The position numbers and the translations under genes are program-made. Positions 9,513 to 19,985 of a stretch of DNA of 64,000 bases are shown one piece after another; the stretch's first letter is position 1; each line of letters opens with the position of its first letter. Below the pieces are notes generated by a model. That model made no database searches and was not told where the DNA came from. It saw nothing but the letters and a program-made list of their open reading frames with translations. The DNA is taken from assembly GCF_054482595.1 (NCBI RefSeq), contig NZ_CM137008.1; one strand, 5' to 3'.

Positions 9513-10397
9513 TCAGAACAGACGCTCCCACAGTGTGATCAGCAGGTGGATAATGCGGTCCCGGGCTTTACGCAGAAGCTGTAACATCCAGGCCGGAAAA
9601 CTGAAACGGGCAACGGCGACGTCAAAACTTTTCCCGATGGTTTCACCAAAAGTCTGTTGTGCGTGTTTCTGGGCCTGTTCAGAGCGGTTTTCTCCCCGGA
9701 TATGTGAATACACCGCGCTGGTTGCCTGTGGTGGCAGTGCGTGGATCATCAGCGACACAAACGCCGGAAGGTTCCAGCCGACAGGTGCAGCAACGGAGAG
9801 TACCGGAAATGATGAAGGGAACAGGGTTGCCACCCGGGCTGTCACCGTCGCCAGTGAGAGCGCCTGCTGACGGGACGGGCATTTTTCTGTGGCATTCCAT
9901 TCTTCAGCAGGAAACACGCGATCGGCATGGCTGAGAACAAACAGAAAACGCGAGGGATCTGCGCCTTCATTCAGTAAAAACTGATGCATGGTAATGTCGG
10001 CGGCATACGCGCGTTCATCTGCCCGCAGGATCCAGATAATCAAATCCACTTCCGGCAGTAACTGACGGTAAAGCGCCCGGTATTCCTGATCATGTTGCGG
10101 CGTCTCTCCAATGCCGGGCAGATCGACCAGCGTCATTCTGCGTTCACCGATCTGCAGGGTAAGACGATGAGCCTGGCGGGTGCAGCCGTTCAGGGGATGT
10201 GTGGCACAGATATGGGACTGAAAAATAGCATTACACAGGCTACTTTTGCCGGTGCCGGATTTACCCATAATGCCAATCACGGGTTCGTAATGAATAACGC
10301 TGTGGAGATGTTCAAGAATTTTCTGACGAATTTCTTCAGGAAGAAACGTCAGATATGATTTCACTTGTGCGGAGAGGGAAGAATGGCTGAATGACAT
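9513..10397 (-). CDS. GTPase of YfjP/YkfA family (50S-ribosome-binding GTPase-like)
   Basis: 294 aa with P-loop GIMGKSGTGKSS and G3 DLPGIGE. Confidence 0.8.
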   Translation of the reverse strand: MSFSHSSLSAQVKSYLTFLPEEIRQKILEHLHSVIHYEPVIGIMGKSGTGKSSLCNAIFQSHICATHPLNGCTRQAHRLTLQIGERRMTLVDLPGIGETPQHDQEYRALYRQLLPEVDLIIWILRADERAYAADITMHQFLLNEGADPSRFLFVLSHADRVFPAEEWNATEKCPSRQQALSLATVTARVATLFPSSFPVLSVAAPVGWNLPAFVSLMIHALPPQATSAVYSHIRGENRSEQAQKHAQQTFGETIGKSFDVAVARFSFPAWMLQLLRKARDRIIHLLITLWERLF

Positions 10398-10581
10398 ACC
10401 GGTATCCTGTTGATTTCACTGAACCGGATCACACTAATCCGGTTTATCATTCAGGTAATATGGACGTGAAAAATGATGGAATGTCTGAATTACGGATATT
10501 ATTGTTAAAGTGTAATGGAGTATGAAGTGAGTTTTTCAGAACGGGAACTAATGACATACTGCGGTTTCAGGAGATGAGAGG

Positions 10582-11712
10582 ATGACCGGACGTAAAAACA
10601 AATGCGTCAGAAAAAATTGTAACAATCAGGTTTTCTCAGTAAAAATGGCAGTGGAGAAAAGACTGTGCAGAAAACATTATGAGAGGTTTTGTGAGCTCAA
10701 AAAAAGAAGAGAGCAAAATCCTGTTCACAGATTAAATGAAGCATTGCCAAGAAAGATAAAAGGACCCAAAAGTAAGAAAAAATTAGTAAAAGAAAGAGAA
10801 ATCATTAACAGCAGGAAGAAACATAAACAGGAGCAGGGACCATCGCTGGTTGAACTTAATAAAAAAGTTCGTGAGATACTGAAAACTCCGGCATGGAGAA
10901 CGCTGGAAACGAGAATTCGAAGAAACGGTATCACATTTAAATCAAAAGCAGAGTTAGATGTACTTTCTGAACTTTATGCAATTTATTCATGGGTTTCATA
11001 TTGCAAACGGAGCGATAATTATTCTGTGTGGTTTTTGAATTGTCCGGATGTAAATATAAATCTTCATGTGTGCGAATGCAGGTCTTCTGAAAGCGATTGT
11101 TATCTACCATCCCGTTTTATTATTCTTCCAGCTCCATTAAGGCAAAAAGTAAAAAGAAAATACCCTGCTAATTCGTCTGGAGTGTCAGGATATAGTGATT
11201 CAAAAAGTCTTTATAAGACTGTTTTGTCTGTTTGTGGTGGGAAAAGAGAAACCGAATTGTTCTTTTATTCACTGCCAGTAAAGACTAATCATCATCCTTA
11301 CTGGATTAAAAGTGGTGTGGTTAAAAGATTTCCGCCTATTTTTGGCTTGTTGTTTTATGAACAGGAAAGGTTAACAGGAGGTGTTTTTCGTTATGTGTTG
11401 ATAAAGTTTTATAATGCTTTTAAGGAGAATTTGTTTTTTGTTGAGATTATCTCGTGCTGTTTTCTTGTTGAGTTTTTTCATGATATTGATTCATTTTTTA
11501 TAAATCAACGATTAAGTAAGTTGGAAATTTTTATAGATAAGTGGAGGGAGGGTAAAGAAATCTGGATAAAAGCATATCTACAACTGATACATAATGCATT
11601 GGGAATAACTGAAACAGAAAAACTCGTCAATCTATATAATTCATTTTTTACTGATAAAGTGGTTCTCTGGGATGAATCAGTAAAAAAAGTTAAGTGGATT
11701 TATGAGAAATAG
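10582..11712 (+). CDS. hypothetical protein, Cys-rich basic N-terminus, strongly AT-rich gene
   Basis: 376-aa ORF with GGA RBS-like purines upstream; N-terminal C-x5-C...C-x-K-H-x4-C cluster and K/R-rich stretch; no recognised domain; divergent from the GTPase gene. Confidence 0.5.
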   Translation: MTGRKNKCVRKNCNNQVFSVKMAVEKRLCRKHYERFCELKKRREQNPVHRLNEALPRKIKGPKSKKKLVKEREIINSRKKHKQEQGPSLVELNKKVREILKTPAWRTLETRIRRNGITFKSKAELDVLSELYAIYSWVSYCKRSDNYSVWFLNCPDVNINLHVCECRSSESDCYLPSRFIILPAPLRQKVKRKYPANSSGVSGYSDSKSLYKTVLSVCGGKRETELFFYSLPVKTNHHPYWIKSGVVKRFPPIFGLLFYEQERLTGGVFRYVLIKFYNAFKENLFFVEIISCCFLVEFFHDIDSFFINQRLSKLEIFIDKWREGKEIWIKAYLQLIHNALGITETEKLVNLYNSFFTDKVVLWDESVKKVKWIYEK

Positions 11713-12252
11713 CACCATTTAACTGAAAGCTACCATAACGTCTTTTTGATCACACGCATGATAATGCGTCTCATTTAAATTTCGTTTTTTGGGTCATGGA
11801 AATTTTCCGAACATCAGTGATAATGAGGGTTTTGTTGTTTTTGTTTCTGCAATGTTTGAGGGCTGTTCCTGGAGACGATTCGTTGCTTGTGAGCAAGTGG
11901 TGGTCCGCTTTACTGGACGAGTTTTGCATTTGTTGAGTGGTGAAATGGAAGTAAAAAGAGCCCCTTTCTGGCAATGACTGAAAAAGTCAGTAGCGTGTAA
12001 CAGTAAAAACTAACATAAAGTGATTATCGTATGATTATGACAATAACTTATAACTTTTATGAAAAGAACAACAGAAACTACGAAGCCATAACAGATTCCT
12101 GAGACCATGTTTTCTGAGGTAGAGAAAATAATTCAAGAGTAAACCAGTTTGTTTTTTGGTCAGTAAAGAACCATGCCTGATGTGAAAACGGGTAATCAAC
12201 ATTCAGTCTGCATGGATGTTTGGAAGAGTTGAGAATGTCGGTATGATACTAT

Positions 12253-12360
12253 ATACACGTATTTTTACTAAGCATTTCAGTAAGTGTTATACACGTATTT
12301 TTACTAAGCATTTCAGTAAGTGTTATACACGTATTTTCATAAACACTTCTACAAGTGTTT
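12253..12360. repeat. tandem direct repeats (2 perfect 36-bp units plus a degenerate third)
   Basis: ATACACGTATTTTTACTAAGCATTTCAGTAAGTGTT at 12253-12288 and 12289-12324, then a diverged copy beginning ATACACGTATTTTCATAAACACTT. Confidence 0.85.
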
Positions 12361-13228
12361 TCGTTAAGCATTGCTATACACATCCAGTTTAGTAAATCTT
12401 TACGTTAACTAAATCAGTTTAATGCTGCTGTAAAACCTTTCTGCTTCAGCAATCAATCTGCTATTCGATTTTACTGATGTTACGTTTAACCTTTCCTGAT
12501 ATTTCGAGTTTCGACGTTAGCATGAGAAAAGTATCTTTACGCTAAATCAACCCGAACTTTCCTGAAGTAATCTGACGTTCTTTTCGATGTGCTTACGACG
12601 ATTCTGTTAAACGACTTTCTGGATGTTTTGATAACAATCAGATTTAGGCATTAACGATTCCTGACGTTTTTCTTTTCCGTGTAAGGTCATTGTTTTCGTC
12701 ATGATGTGACTCTTCTTGCATTGCGAAAGTGTGATGAACGGTTTTGGTGTTTTGATTCAGATGAAGTTTACGTTATCGATGGTTAATCGTTTTTATGGTG
12801 CGTAGTGAAACGTAACGCTTTCAGGAAGGGAAAATCGATTCTGATGGGGATGATCGTGTAACGGCGTTATCTGTAAACAGGTTTTAAACATGTCATTCGC
12901 ATCCGTGATTAAGTTGTGTGATTAAGCTGTAGGTTTTGGCGTTGTTGTTGATTTGCATTACCAGGAAGCGTTCTGGTTGCGTTTCTGGTGTTTTGTTTGA
13001 ATGTTCTGTGGATCCTTTTCCCTTCTGACTTTTCTCGTTGTCCATGTCGTTTTTAAATCCATTCGCTGTTCTTGAGTGTTTTTACCCTGTGTGTAGGATT
13101 ATCTTTTTGTTCCGTTTCAATCACTCTTAATCAGAAAGTTGTAGCATTGCTCAATGCCGGATGCCGTAAAGTTTTACCGCGGTGATTAATGATGTGAAGT
13201 CAATCCAAATCAACGGAGATCTCTCATC

Positions 13229-13960
13229 ATGAATCAACCAATACACAATGCTTACTGGTTATCCCGTTTTGAAAGTATTCTCAACGGTGCCCTGGCGCAA
13301 CACCGTGCCGTCTCGTTAATCCGGGTGGATTTACGTTTCCCTGAGTATATGCCTGCCACCATCATGGATACCGATTTAGATTCAGCGGTGATTTCTCGTT
13401 TTTTTGCATCCCTGAAAGCAAAAATTCAGGCTTACCAGCGGAAAAAACGACGTGCCAACAAGCGTGTGCGTGCAACCACTCTGCGTTATTTCTGGTGTCG
13501 GGAGTTTGGCAAGGAAAAAGGCAGGAAACATTATCACGTGATATTACTGCTCAACAAAGATACCTGGTGCTCGCCAGGGGATTTCACCGTTCCTTCTTCG
13601 CTGGCGACGCTGATCCAACTGGCATGGTGCAGTGCTCTGCATCTTGAGCCCTGGCAGGGTAATGGACTGGTTCACTTTTCCAGGCGGACGCCTTTCCGTA
13701 AACCGACATCATCTGATGCTCGCCCTTCTTCCGATGATACGCCTGTGCCTGGTGGATGTTCTGATACCCGGAAGGATTCTGACAAAAAATCTGGTGGATC
13801 CGCTGTTCTCTGGGTCAAGCGTGGTGATGTGGAAGCGATGCAGAAAGCCATGGAGAGAGCCCGTTATCTCGTGAAGTATGAGACGAAGCAGCATGACGGT
13901 TCTGGTCAACGTAATTATGGTTGCAGTCGTGGGCTGGGGCGTCTACTGGATGGCAGGTGA
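13229..13960 (+). CDS. YagK/YfjJ-family protein (inovirus Gp2-like family of CP4 islands)
   Basis: 243 aa; MNQPIHNAYWLSRFESILNGAL...HYHVILLLNKD; paralogous to the ORF at 19172-19738. Confidence 0.7.
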   Translation: MNQPIHNAYWLSRFESILNGALAQHRAVSLIRVDLRFPEYMPATIMDTDLDSAVISRFFASLKAKIQAYQRKKRRANKRVRATTLRYFWCREFGKEKGRKHYHVILLLNKDTWCSPGDFTVPSSLATLIQLAWCSALHLEPWQGNGLVHFSRRTPFRKPTSSDARPSSDDTPVPGGCSDTRKDSDKKSGGSAVLWVKRGDVEAMQKAMERARYLVKYETKQHDGSGQRNYGCSRGLGRLLDGR

Positions 13961-14287
13961 ACCCTGTAAAACAGCATCCGATGCCTGAGTTTATGCCAAC
14001 GCCCTTAGCTCGCTTTCTGAAAAGTCGTCCTGAAGTAATGCAATGGATTGCCATCTACTTCCGTTCGTGACACATAAGTCGAAAAACCTTTGGTTGTTCT
14101 GGTTATTTGCATTTACTGCCATTCATAGAAATGAACAGATCGATTGGTAGGACTCAAATGTTATAGCGTCTCTCTTCTCATAGTCTGCTTTGTACCAGAC
14201 GCGGAATCCCCTAATGCTGGTGTACAGGTTCTGACTCATTTCCTCCCCCACTTTCATCCCGTTATACTGTGAAAAAAGGAGGTAGGC

Positions 14288-15166
14288 GTGAAACTGAAAA
14301 TGCAGGATTTGAGGCTGTTTAATATTGTGTTCGAGAGCGATCCTGGCTGGATACTGGATTTCTCTAACCGCACCTTGTCTGCTTTTTTCGATGAAGAATT
14401 GAACATTGATATTGATGATGAACGTTATCAGAAAGAGGGGACGTCAAAAGCCAAACGAGTTAGATGCTTGCTGAAACAGGTTGATCGTGAGACCGCTCTG
14501 CGGGTTCTTGGTGCGCTCTGGCAGTATAAAACGGAATCCATGCCTGAACAGGCTGAACAAAGCCGTAATGACTATCTTGCACTGATTTCCCGCTTAGAAA
14601 ACGCTGACACCGATGAAGCCAAAGGCGTTAAGCCTGTCCAGGCATGGCATGGTGTTGACTGGCATTCACTTATCGCTGAAATGAACGAGATGAAATCTCT
14701 GCCGCCACATCCACGTGGTTTTCGGTTTGAAGCCTGGCTTGCTGAACTGTTCAGTATCTTTAAGCTTGCTCCCCGTTCGTCTTTCCGAAATACAGGCGAA
14801 CAGATTGACGGAAGTTTCCGACTGAATGATGAATTTTACCTGATGGAGGCAAAGTGGCATCAGAAAAGAACGTCGGCTGCCGACCTCCATGTATTTGAAG
14901 GAAAGCTCAGTACCAAGGCAACCTGGACACGCGGTGTTTTTATCAGTTGGATGGGCTTTACGCCTGAAGGCCTGACGGCTTTTGGTAAAGGGAAGCGGGT
15001 TATCTGTGTCAGTGGTTATGATCTTTACCACTCACTGAATCATAGGATCCCTTTACCCGACCTTCTGGATGCTAAAACCCGGCACGCGGCTGAAACGGGA
15101 GAGCCCTATGCTGAGTTCGACCGACTATATGCACTGAAAGACAAACAGTTCGGCACGCTGAAATAA
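14288..15166 (+). CDS. Mrr-like (PD-(D/E)xK) restriction-endonuclease-domain protein with unrelated N-terminal domain
   Basis: GTG 14288 preceded by AGGAGG (alternative ATG 14300). C-terminal GEQIDGSF...[10 protein letters not shown]...[11 protein letters not shown] parallels the Mrr catalytic region (GDGGIDG...VQAKRW...RGVFITTSGFT) as I recall it. Confidence 0.6.
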   Translation: MKLKMQDLRLFNIVFESDPGWILDFSNRTLSAFFDEELNIDIDDERYQKEGTSKAKRVRCLLKQVDRETALRVLGALWQYKTESMPEQAEQSRNDYLALISRLENADTDEAKGVKPVQAWHGVDWHSLIAEMNEMKSLPPHPRGFRFEAWLAELFSIFKLAPRSSFRNTGEQIDGSFRLNDEFYLMEAKWHQKRTSAADLHVFEGKLSTKATWTRGVFISWMGFTPEGLTAFGKGKRVICVSGYDLYHSLNHRIPLPDLLDAKTRHAAETGEPYAEFDRLYALKDKQFGTLK

Positions 15167-15180
15167 CGGGTTGGGAAGCG

Positions 15181-15794
15181 ATGACCTGCTCCCCGTTGTT
15201 TCACACAGAATCGTGTACAGGGTCGAAGTTCTGGCTCAATGTGCTGACTGAACTGAAAAACCGCGGTCTGAACGATATCCTCATCACCTGTGTAGATAGC
15301 CTGAAAGGCTTTCCAGATGCCATCAACACAGTATATCCGGAGGCCAGCATCCAGTTATGCATCGTGCATATGGTGCGCAACAGCCTGCGCTTCGTGTCAT
15401 GGAAGGACTACAAAGCCGTCACTCGCGACCTGAAAGAGATTTAATCAGGCACCCACGGAAGAGACAGGCTAGCAAGCACTAGATAAGTCGGAGCTGGCAG
15501 GCTAACTGACCGAATCTTACCACGTTCTTCGCTTATCTGACGGACATTCGCAAAGTGCGCTATACGACGAATGCCATCGAGTCACTAAACAGTGTGATCC
15601 GCCATGCGATCAAAAAGCGTAAAGTGTTCCCGACAGACGACTCGGTGAAAAAAGTGGTGTGGCTGGCAATCCAGTCTGCGTCCCAGAAATGGACGGTGTC
15701 GTTGAAGGACAGGTGTATGGCAATGAGCCGCTTTATTATCGAGTTCGGTGACTGCCTGTCACTTCTGAAAAAAGGCATTTACACAGAATCCTAA
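15181..15794 (+). pseudogene. IS256-family (mutator-type) transposase, fragmented
   Basis: Two ORF pieces (15181-15444, 15555-15794) with [18 protein letters not shown] and TTNAIESLNSVIR; N-terminal part missing. Confidence 0.65.
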
Positions 15795-15914
15795 ACAGGT
15801 TCCGACATTCCCCACTCATACTAAACACCTTGTCACTTGACGCAGGGCTGAACATTTTACAACAACGGTATACCAATATGATATTGGTTTACTAAATTTT
15901 TTGGGAATCCCTCA

Positions 15915-16794
15915 GGGAATTTCTCCCTATACTTCCAGACATCTGTTATCATTTAACCCATTACTGATCCGCTGCCGCATATATACCTGCGGCGAGCGAT
16001 AACTTAGAACTATGCTGCATTGTAATGTTCGATTGCTACTGCATGGTTATGCAATGCCGTCATTAACATCTGGCTTGGGCATGAACACGATGTAGTCACG
16101 CTTTATCGTTTTCACGAAGCTCTCTGCTATTCTGTTACTCTCCGGACTCCGCACCGCCGTGTTCTTCGATTCAAGTCCCAACATCCGAGCGAACTGGCGT
16201 GTTTCATTAGCCCGGTAGCATGAACCATTATCTGTCAGCCACTCCACTGGAGACGCCGGAAGCTCGTTGCCGAAGCGGCGTTCCACCGCTCCTGGCATGA
16301 CGTCCTGTACTGTTTCACTGTTGAAGCCGCCGGTAGTGACCGCCCAGTGCATCACCCCGGCAATAAGGGAGCGTGCGCTATCCACTTTTTGCACGTCCAT
16401 ATTCAACGGCTTCTTTAATGAGTTCATTTTCCATCGTTTTGTTCCGGGCAGGCGCTGGCGTTCTTTAATCTGCCTTATGGCAGCAGCAAGTTCAGAGGCA
16501 GGAACGATCTGTTCCCCAGCAGTCACCGCAGTAAGACTTCCCTCCTGGTATTGCTTGCGCCAGAGAAGTAACTGGCTGCTACACCATGTTGCCGGGCAAC
16601 GAGGGAGACCGTCATTCCTGGTTCAAAGCTCTTCTGAACATTAGCGATCTTTTCCTGTGCAGTATGCCGTCTGAGTTTCTCCGGTCCTGAGGCATCAATC
16701 ATCTGTTTTCCAATGACCAGTCTAAAAACTAATATTAAGATTATCACTTATTTAAGTGATATTGGTTGACTGGAGATTCAGGGGGCTAGCCTAT
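15915..16794 (-). mobile_element. IS2 remnant with internal deletion (~880 bp vs 1331 bp)
   Basis: IRR-like end ...CCCTATACTTCCAGACATCTGTTATCATTTAACCC near 15915 and IRL GGAGATTCAGGGGGCTAGCCTA at 16773-16794; InsC-like N-terminus (16523-16747) and truncated InsD-like ORF (16047-16526). Confidence 0.75.
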
Positions 16795-16922
16795 CCGGGA
16801 AAGTTCACTCACTTTGAATGAAGTAAATATTAAGTATCACATTTTGTGATGTAGCCATTATTTTTATAAAAAATCACCTGATAGGATTTATCATAAGTTA
16901 ATGATAAGCAGAGTATTGATAG

Positions 16923-17363
16923 ATGAGCAAGAAGAAGTTTTCTGTTGAGAATGAAGATCTCTCTACTGTTCGTACATCACTTCTTAATTCCAACCTTGTC
17001 CGGAAGTTGATCATGGAAATGTCTGATGAAGACTTCAATCAAGTTAAGGATAACCTTGAAAAGGCCATTGAGCAGCGTAATGAGTTGAAGGATTCTTTGG
17101 CAATTATCAAAAAGTACATGGATGACGCAGGTGTAACGGCGGAAGATGTGTATCGTGAATTTGGCAAAAAATTACAGACGGGCAGAAAAAACGATTCAGG
17201 AGAGTCTAATAAGTACAGGTATGAGTATAACGGTCAAATAATGTACTGGAGTGGACAAGGTCGTCGGCCTTCTGTTATTGCAGAAGCAATAAAAGCCGGA
17301 GGTTCTCTTGATGATTTTCTTATATCTCAGGGCACATCATCATCTTGTTCTGATTATGAGTGA
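16923..17363 (+). CDS. H-NS-family nucleoid-associated protein (xenogeneic-silencer paralog)
   Basis: 146 aa; C-terminal YRYEYNGQIMYWSGQGRRPSVIAEAIKAGGSLDDFLI matches the H-NS DNA-binding domain signature; coiled-coil N-terminus. Confidence 0.85.
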   Translation: MSKKKFSVENEDLSTVRTSLLNSNLVRKLIMEMSDEDFNQVKDNLEKAIEQRNELKDSLAIIKKYMDDAGVTAEDVYREFGKKLQTGRKNDSGESNKYRYEYNGQIMYWSGQGRRPSVIAEAIKAGGSLDDFLISQGTSSSCSDYE

Positions 17364-17631
17364 TACATCTAATCGGTTGAATGTTGCTGTAATGCTCGCT
17401 TTTGATGCTTATATGGCAGCGTTACCGTTTATTGTTTTAGTTACAAATTGGTCGTCATGGACATAACCTGAAATTATAACTATCATCGGGTCTTTCAAGT
17501 TGCTTATGCATATAACGCCAGGGAGGAAAACGAGAGTTAAAAAATTGAACTGTTCTCATAGAGACTGTAATTTAAATTGTGTAATTGCCGGTTTTTGATA
17601 TGTTCACTCCAACAACGTAGACAAGTAGATT

Positions 17632-18139
17632 GTGGACGAAAAGACGCTTAAAGTCCTTGCGGCTGAACTGGCTAAAGGCCTCAAAACCGGGGCCGATCTC
17701 AATCAGTTTTCCCGTATGCTGACGAAATTAACTGTCGAAACGGCGCTTAATGCGGAACTCGGTAACGGCTGCAGATGTTCCTGCTCTGGTGTATGCTCAG
17801 CATCCTGTTTTGGTGCGGCGAAGACATGGAAGCGGCGGGAGAACCCCAGCGTATTAACCGCAAAGTTAACTTTGCACCGTTGCCCGGCAACCTCCACCTC
17901 AACTTCGCCCTAGTCGTGCTGGAGCTGGTATCCAGGCTGAGTTTCGAAGCGAACTGTTCTTTTTGACGGACGCATTTTACGTTTGGGCTGGATGTAGTAA
18001 CGCAGCATGGAACGTCCGCCCGTATAACCCATTGCCTGACCGTTCGTTCAGAGCAACCAATCTGAGTCGCAATATCGACAATGTACGCGCCCTGCTGGCG
18101 CATTTGCTTTATCATGTAAAAGTCCTCTCTGCTCAGCAT
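17632..18139. pseudogene. transposase gene fragments (IS256-family N-terminus on +, IS21-like HTH N-terminus on -)
   Basis: + strand ...KTLKVLAAELAKGLKTGADLNQFSRMLTKLTVETALNAEL...; - strand MLSREDFYMIKQMRQQGAYIVDIATQIGCSERTVRQW. Neither is full length. Confidence 0.45.
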
Positions 18140-19171
18140 GTTGATGTCATTTCTGGTGTGAGAACCTTAAGGAAACAACATGTTGGGTGGAGCGGAAAAT
18201 CCAAATGGTGACCGTCTTATTATCGCTGGCGCTGACACCTGAGCGATCACCTTTAATATGGTAGCAATTACACTGAATTACTTACAGATTCGTTATAACG
18301 AACCTCTGTACATAATTATGAAACAGATTTGTATTTACATAAAACATGGATATTTTTAATTTAGGTTTATTACTATTATTATACTCACTCCCTTTTTGAT
18401 ATAATCTCTATTGTTATTTACTTCCTGTCTTTACTCACTCTCTGTTCCTGTTTTCAGTGAAATAATAATTTATTTTAATTTTATCCATCATGAGCTGTAT
18501 TTGCTTAACAATGATTGTTTGCCTGATATGTTTTAACTATTCTGGTGAACATCAATTCTCTGTCATCACTGATTAACTGAATGCTTACGCTTTGATAAGG
18601 TATCCATGATTCCGTCATGTTTAACAGCGCAGAATAAACAATGAAATTAACAGAGTGAATTCCTGATTATGTTTGTTTCGGGTTGTATTGTTTAAGATGC
18701 AGAGTAAAAATCATGCCAGTGGTATTTTTTACTCTGGTAATGTGTGCGGTTAACGTTCATGTCCTTAAGAACAGATTGGATGAGGGCGTATAAGTTTATT
18801 GCGTTGGCCTTGTTCACGTTTTTTTAGAACCACTGAGAGCAAGTTTGTAGTTTATGATTGATTGGTCGAAATATATTTCTTAACCTTCTGGTTGTGGGTT
18901 TTTATCGCGTGTTTTGCAGTATTTCGTGATGTTTATTGATTCTGTATTTTATTCGCTCCTCGTTTATCTCATCTCTTTAGCTAATACCATCAGATAATCC
19001 ATTTATTTCTGCACAACGCTACGTGTCGTTAATAACCGACGTATCCATTCTGTTACAGCATGCCTGATAAATACCGTCTGTAAGTTATTACCGTTTTAGA
19101 TCTGATTATGAGCGAAAGCATTAATTCGTTTACAGCACTTAAAACGTCATTAACTTTCAGGAGTCATCAGC

Positions 19172-19738
19172 ATGCCTAAATCTTACACACCAAACTGGTT
19201 TTTTACCGCTTTACTTGACAATCACATCAATCAAATGATGGCACGCTATTCCTGCCTGCGGGCCTTACGCATGGATTTCTTCTACAGGAAAGATACGCCT
19301 GATTTCTTACAACCTGATCATCGCTGGCTTGAATTGCAGTTGCGTATGCTGCTGGAGCAGGTGGAACAATTTGAAAATATCGTTGGCTTCTTCTGGGTGA
19401 TTGAATGGACGGCTGATCATGGTTTTCATGCGCATGCGGTTTTCTGGATCGATCGTCAGAGGGTTAAAAAAATATATCCCTTTGCGGAGCGGATTACGGA
19501 ATGCTGGCGGTCTATTACGCATAACAGTGGTTCGGCACACCGCTGTACATATCAGCCGCATTATACATACAACATCAACATTCCTGTGCGCCACAACGAT
19601 CCTGAAAGCATCGATAATATTCGCGGTGCCCTGCATTATCTGGCGAAAGAAGAACAAAAAGACGGGCTGTGTGCCTACGGCTGCAATGAAGTTCCTGAAC
19701 GTCCTGCTGCAGGGCGTCCTCGTAAGCCTCACTTCTGA
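19172..19738 (+). CDS. YagK/YfjJ-family protein (second paralog)
   Basis: 188 aa; MPKSYTPNWFFTALLDNHINQMMARYSCLRALRMDFFYRKD...HAHAVFWIDRQ; AT-rich upstream region 18200-19170. Confidence 0.7.
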   Translation: MPKSYTPNWFFTALLDNHINQMMARYSCLRALRMDFFYRKDTPDFLQPDHRWLELQLRMLLEQVEQFENIVGFFWVIEWTADHGFHAHAVFWIDRQRVKKIYPFAERITECWRSITHNSGSAHRCTYQPHYTYNINIPVRHNDPESIDNIRGALHYLAKEEQKDGLCAYGCNEVPERPAAGRPRKPHF

Positions 19739-19985
19739 AAGTTTGAATCATGAGTTTCCTGGCCCGGAAACACTTAGTCGGTAAAAACTTACCTCGATGA
19801 TTAATGATGTGAACTGAAGTCAACGGAGATCATTCACCCTGAACCTGCATCCGGTGTTCTGTCCCTTATCTTCCCGTTCTGCTTCAGTTCTTCACTTATT
19901 CCATCAATCTCATCCGCAAGCCATAACACGTCAGCTCATTCACGGGCAGGACGCATTGTGGGCTGCGCATAACGGAACATATCTT

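Noticed and set aside
12253-12360. Possible CRISPR array
   Set aside because: Only two to three directly abutting repeat units with no unique spacers between them; a tandem repeat, not a CRISPR array. No repeat-spacer structure was found anywhere in the window.
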